A stretch of 49,244 bases of DNA from Verrucomicrobiota bacterium (lineage in GTDB: Bacteria > Verrucomicrobiota > Verrucomicrobiia > Limisphaerales > Palsa-1400), in contig JBEKYR010000042.1 of NCBI GenBank assembly GCA_049510745.1, positions 1 to 49,244 of the forward strand, written 5' to 3'. Below the pieces are notes generated by a model. That model was not told where the DNA came from. It saw only the letters and a list, made by a program, of their open reading frames with translations, and searched no databases. Below are positions 47,048-49,244 of this stretch, piece after piece; within the stretch, counting starts at the first letter, position 1, and every line of letters begins with the position of its first letter. A program made the translations under genes and the position numbers.

Positions 47048-49068
47048 CTCCCGCCGCGCCAGAGAAGAGGCGGGCCGTCCTGGTTTGCCTTTCGCTCGCC
47101 GCCGCCGTCCTGGCGGTCTTTTGGGGCGCCTCGCGCTGCGACTTCGTCAATTACGACGATCCCGCCTACGTCACTTCCAATTCCGACGTGCAGCATGGGC
47201 TGACGCGGGCGGGTTTCCTGTGGGCCTTCACGACCGATGCGGCCAGCAACTGGCATCCGCTGACGTGGCTCTCCCACATGGTGGATGTCGATCTTTACGG
47301 AATGAAACCCGCCGGACATCACTGGAGCAGCGTCCTGCTGCACGCCGCCAACAGCGTTCTGCTGTTTCTCATTCTCAGGGCCATGACAGGCGCGTTGTGG
47401 CGCAGCGCGCTCGTGGCCGCCCTCTTCGCGCTCCACCCGTTGCGGGTCGAGTCGGTGGTCTGGATTTCGGAGCGCAAGGACGTGCTCAGCGGGTTCTTGG
47501 GCTTGCTGGCGATTTGGAGCTATGTCCGCTACGCGGACGAATTCAAAGTTCAAAGCTCGAAGCGCAAAGTGTTCTACGCGGCGGCGCTGGTGTTTTTCGC
47601 CCTGGGGCTGATGGCCAAGCCGATGTTGGTGACGCTGCCCTTTGTCCTCCTGTTGCTGGATTATTGGCCGTTGCGGCGCGTGCCGCCCGATTTCAACCGG
47701 CGGGCCATCGTCCGTCTGGTGGTGGAGAAGGCGCCGTTTTTCATATTGACGGTTGTTTCCAGCGTGATCACGTTTGTCGTTCAGCGCCGGGGCGGGGCGG
47801 TTTCGCCCCTGGCGGGGCTGCCGCTGCCGGCGCGCCTGGGAAACGCGGCCGTCTCCTATGTCCGCTATTTGGCGAAGACCTTTTGGCCCGCTCGCCTTTC
47901 CGTCCTGTATCCGCATCCGGGGCATTGGCCGCCCTGGGAGGTTGCCGGGGCGGTTGTTTTGCTGGCGGCGCTCACCGTTTGGGTGGTGTGGCGCGGGCGC
48001 GCGCAACCCTATCTGGCCGTGGGCTGGTTCTGGTTTGTGGGAATGCTGGCCCCGGCCATTGGATTGGTGCAAGTCGGCATCCAATCCATGGCCGACCGCT
48101 ACAGCTACCTGCCGGGCGTTGGACTTTTCATCATGACCGTTTGGGGCGCGCACGAATTGCTGCCGGGCCGGGCGGCGGCGCGGTGGCTGTGGCCGGCGGC
48201 GGGCGGATTGGCCCTCGCCGCCTGCGCCGTTCTGACACCTCTGCAAACGCGCCATTGGCGCAACAGCGAGACTCTCTTTCTGCACGCGGTCGCAGTGACC
48301 GAGAGCAATTATCTCGCCTACAACAATCTCGGCTTTTACCTCTCCAACCGCGGCGAGACGGAGAAGTCGATGCGCTATTACCAGCGGGCGCTGGAGATCA
48401 ACCCCAATTACGACGAGGCGCGCAACAATTTGGGTTTTGCGCTGGCGGCCTTGGGCCGTTTCCAGGAAGCGACCAACCAATACATCAAAGCCCTGAGCAT
48501 CAATCCCCATCTGACTGAGGCCCACAACAACCTCGGCAACGCCTTGGGCAACCTCGGCCTGGCCGACGCCGCCATTCACGAATACCAGGCCGCCCTGGCC
48601 GAGAACCCCCGCCACGCCGATGCCCATAACAATTACGGCATCGCCCTGGCCATGCGCGGAAGGCTGGACGAAGCCATTGAACATTTCCGGCTGGCCGTGC
48701 TTTACAAGGAAAACTATGCCAGCGGACACAGCGACCTGGGCAACGCCCTGGCCCTCAAAGGCGATCTGGCCGGCGCGATCCAGGAATATGAGATTTGCCT
48801 CAAAATCAATCCCAACGACCCCCAGGCCCACAACAATCTCGCCAACGTGCTGACGCAACAGGGCAAACTGGAAGAAGCCTCCCGCCAGTACCGCATCGCG
48901 CTCGAATTGAAACCGGAAAATCCCGAGGCGCATTTCAATCTCGGCTGCTGTCTGGCCAAACAAAACCGGCGCGCCGAGGCCGAGGCCGAGTATCTTCTGG
49001 CGTTGCGCCAGCGCCCGGATTACCGCCAGGCGCAAGAGCAACTCCAGGCCTTGCGAAAGGAGCGATGA
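47044..49068 (+). CDS. TMTC-like multi-TM GT-C protein with C-terminal TPR repeats
   Basis: FVNYDDPAYV, NWHPLTWLS, LFALHPLRVESVVWISERKD, ADRYSYLP and W.NSETL, followed by repeated AHNNLG TPRs. The GTG start overlaps the GT2 stop. Confidence 0.88.
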   Translation: MTPAAPEKRRAVLVCLSLAAAVLAVFWGASRCDFVNYDDPAYVTSNSDVQHGLTRAGFLWAFTTDAASNWHPLTWLSHMVDVDLYGMKPAGHHWSSVLLHAANSVLLFLILRAMTGALWRSALVAALFALHPLRVESVVWISERKDVLSGFLGLLAIWSYVRYADEFKVQSSKRKVFYAAALVFFALGLMAKPMLVTLPFVLLLLDYWPLRRVPPDFNRRAIVRLVVEKAPFFILTVVSSVITFVVQRRGGAVSPLAGLPLPARLGNAAVSYVRYLAKTFWPARLSVLYPHPGHWPPWEVAGAVVLLAALTVWVVWRGRAQPYLAVGWFWFVGMLAPAIGLVQVGIQSMADRYSYLPGVGLFIMTVWGAHELLPGRAAARWLWPAAGGLALAACAVLTPLQTRHWRNSETLFLHAVAVTESNYLAYNNLGFYLSNRGETEKSMRYYQRALEINPNYDEARNNLGFALAALGRFQEATNQYIKALSINPHLTEAHNNLGNALGNLGLADAAIHEYQAALAENPRHADAHNNYGIALAMRGRLDEAIEHFRLAVLYKENYASGHSDLGNALALKGDLAGAIQEYEICLKINPNDPQAHNNLANVLTQQGKLEEASRQYRIALELKPENPEAHFNLGCCLAKQNRRAEAEAEYLLALRQRPDYRQAQEQLQALRKER

Positions 49069-49086
49069 ATTATTCCGCGCCCCGGT

Positions 49087-49244
49087 TCAGCACAAACCGG
49101 CCGTTTCCGGAAAACCGCGCAAAATGTTCATGCTTTGCACCGCCTGGCCGCTGGCGCCCTTGGTGATGTTATCCAGCGCGCTCATCACAATCAGCCGCCC
49201 CGTGCGCGGGTCCAGGCGCCAGGCGATTTCAATCACGTTGCTGC
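49087..49244 (-). CDS. argC: N-acetyl-gamma-glutamyl-phosphate reductase, 3' end (partial)
   Basis: Manual translation gives [55 protein letters not shown], which matches the ArgC DNLxKGAxGQAVQ motif. Confidence 0.9.
   Translation of the reverse strand, partial: SNVIEIAWRLDPRTGRLIVMSALDNITKGASGQAVQSMNILRGFPETAGLC

Overview
A GC-rich bacterial chromosome segment. It is most likely Verrucomicrobiota (Pedosphaera-like), inferred from the five H-X9-DG prepilin-type genes, the Calx-beta surface protein, the TMTC-like TPR protein and the heptamer intergenic repeats. Housekeeping blocks are tyrA-aroA-cmk, rpmI-rplT-pheS, eda/fbaB-zwf, serA-like, hisI-trpE, tRNA-Leu(TAG), fkp and a partial argC. Accessory features include a roughly 1170-aa secreted Calx-beta protein with a sigma54-type promoter followed by four prepilin-type genes, and a CHAD-pfk operon behind a Pho-box-like site. 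There is also an ORF resembling a catalytically dead class III nucleotidyl cyclase next to an orphan IS21-type end, an AbrB antitoxin whose vapC partner is internally deleted, a second PIN-type TA pair, a secretin-N-domain/ECF/anti-sigma module, and an unannotated small ORF with a consensus sigma54 promoter. I saw no CRISPR array, integrase, reverse transcriptase or phage genes. I cannot claim a clearly new system. All protein calls come from motif recognition by eye, not database searches.
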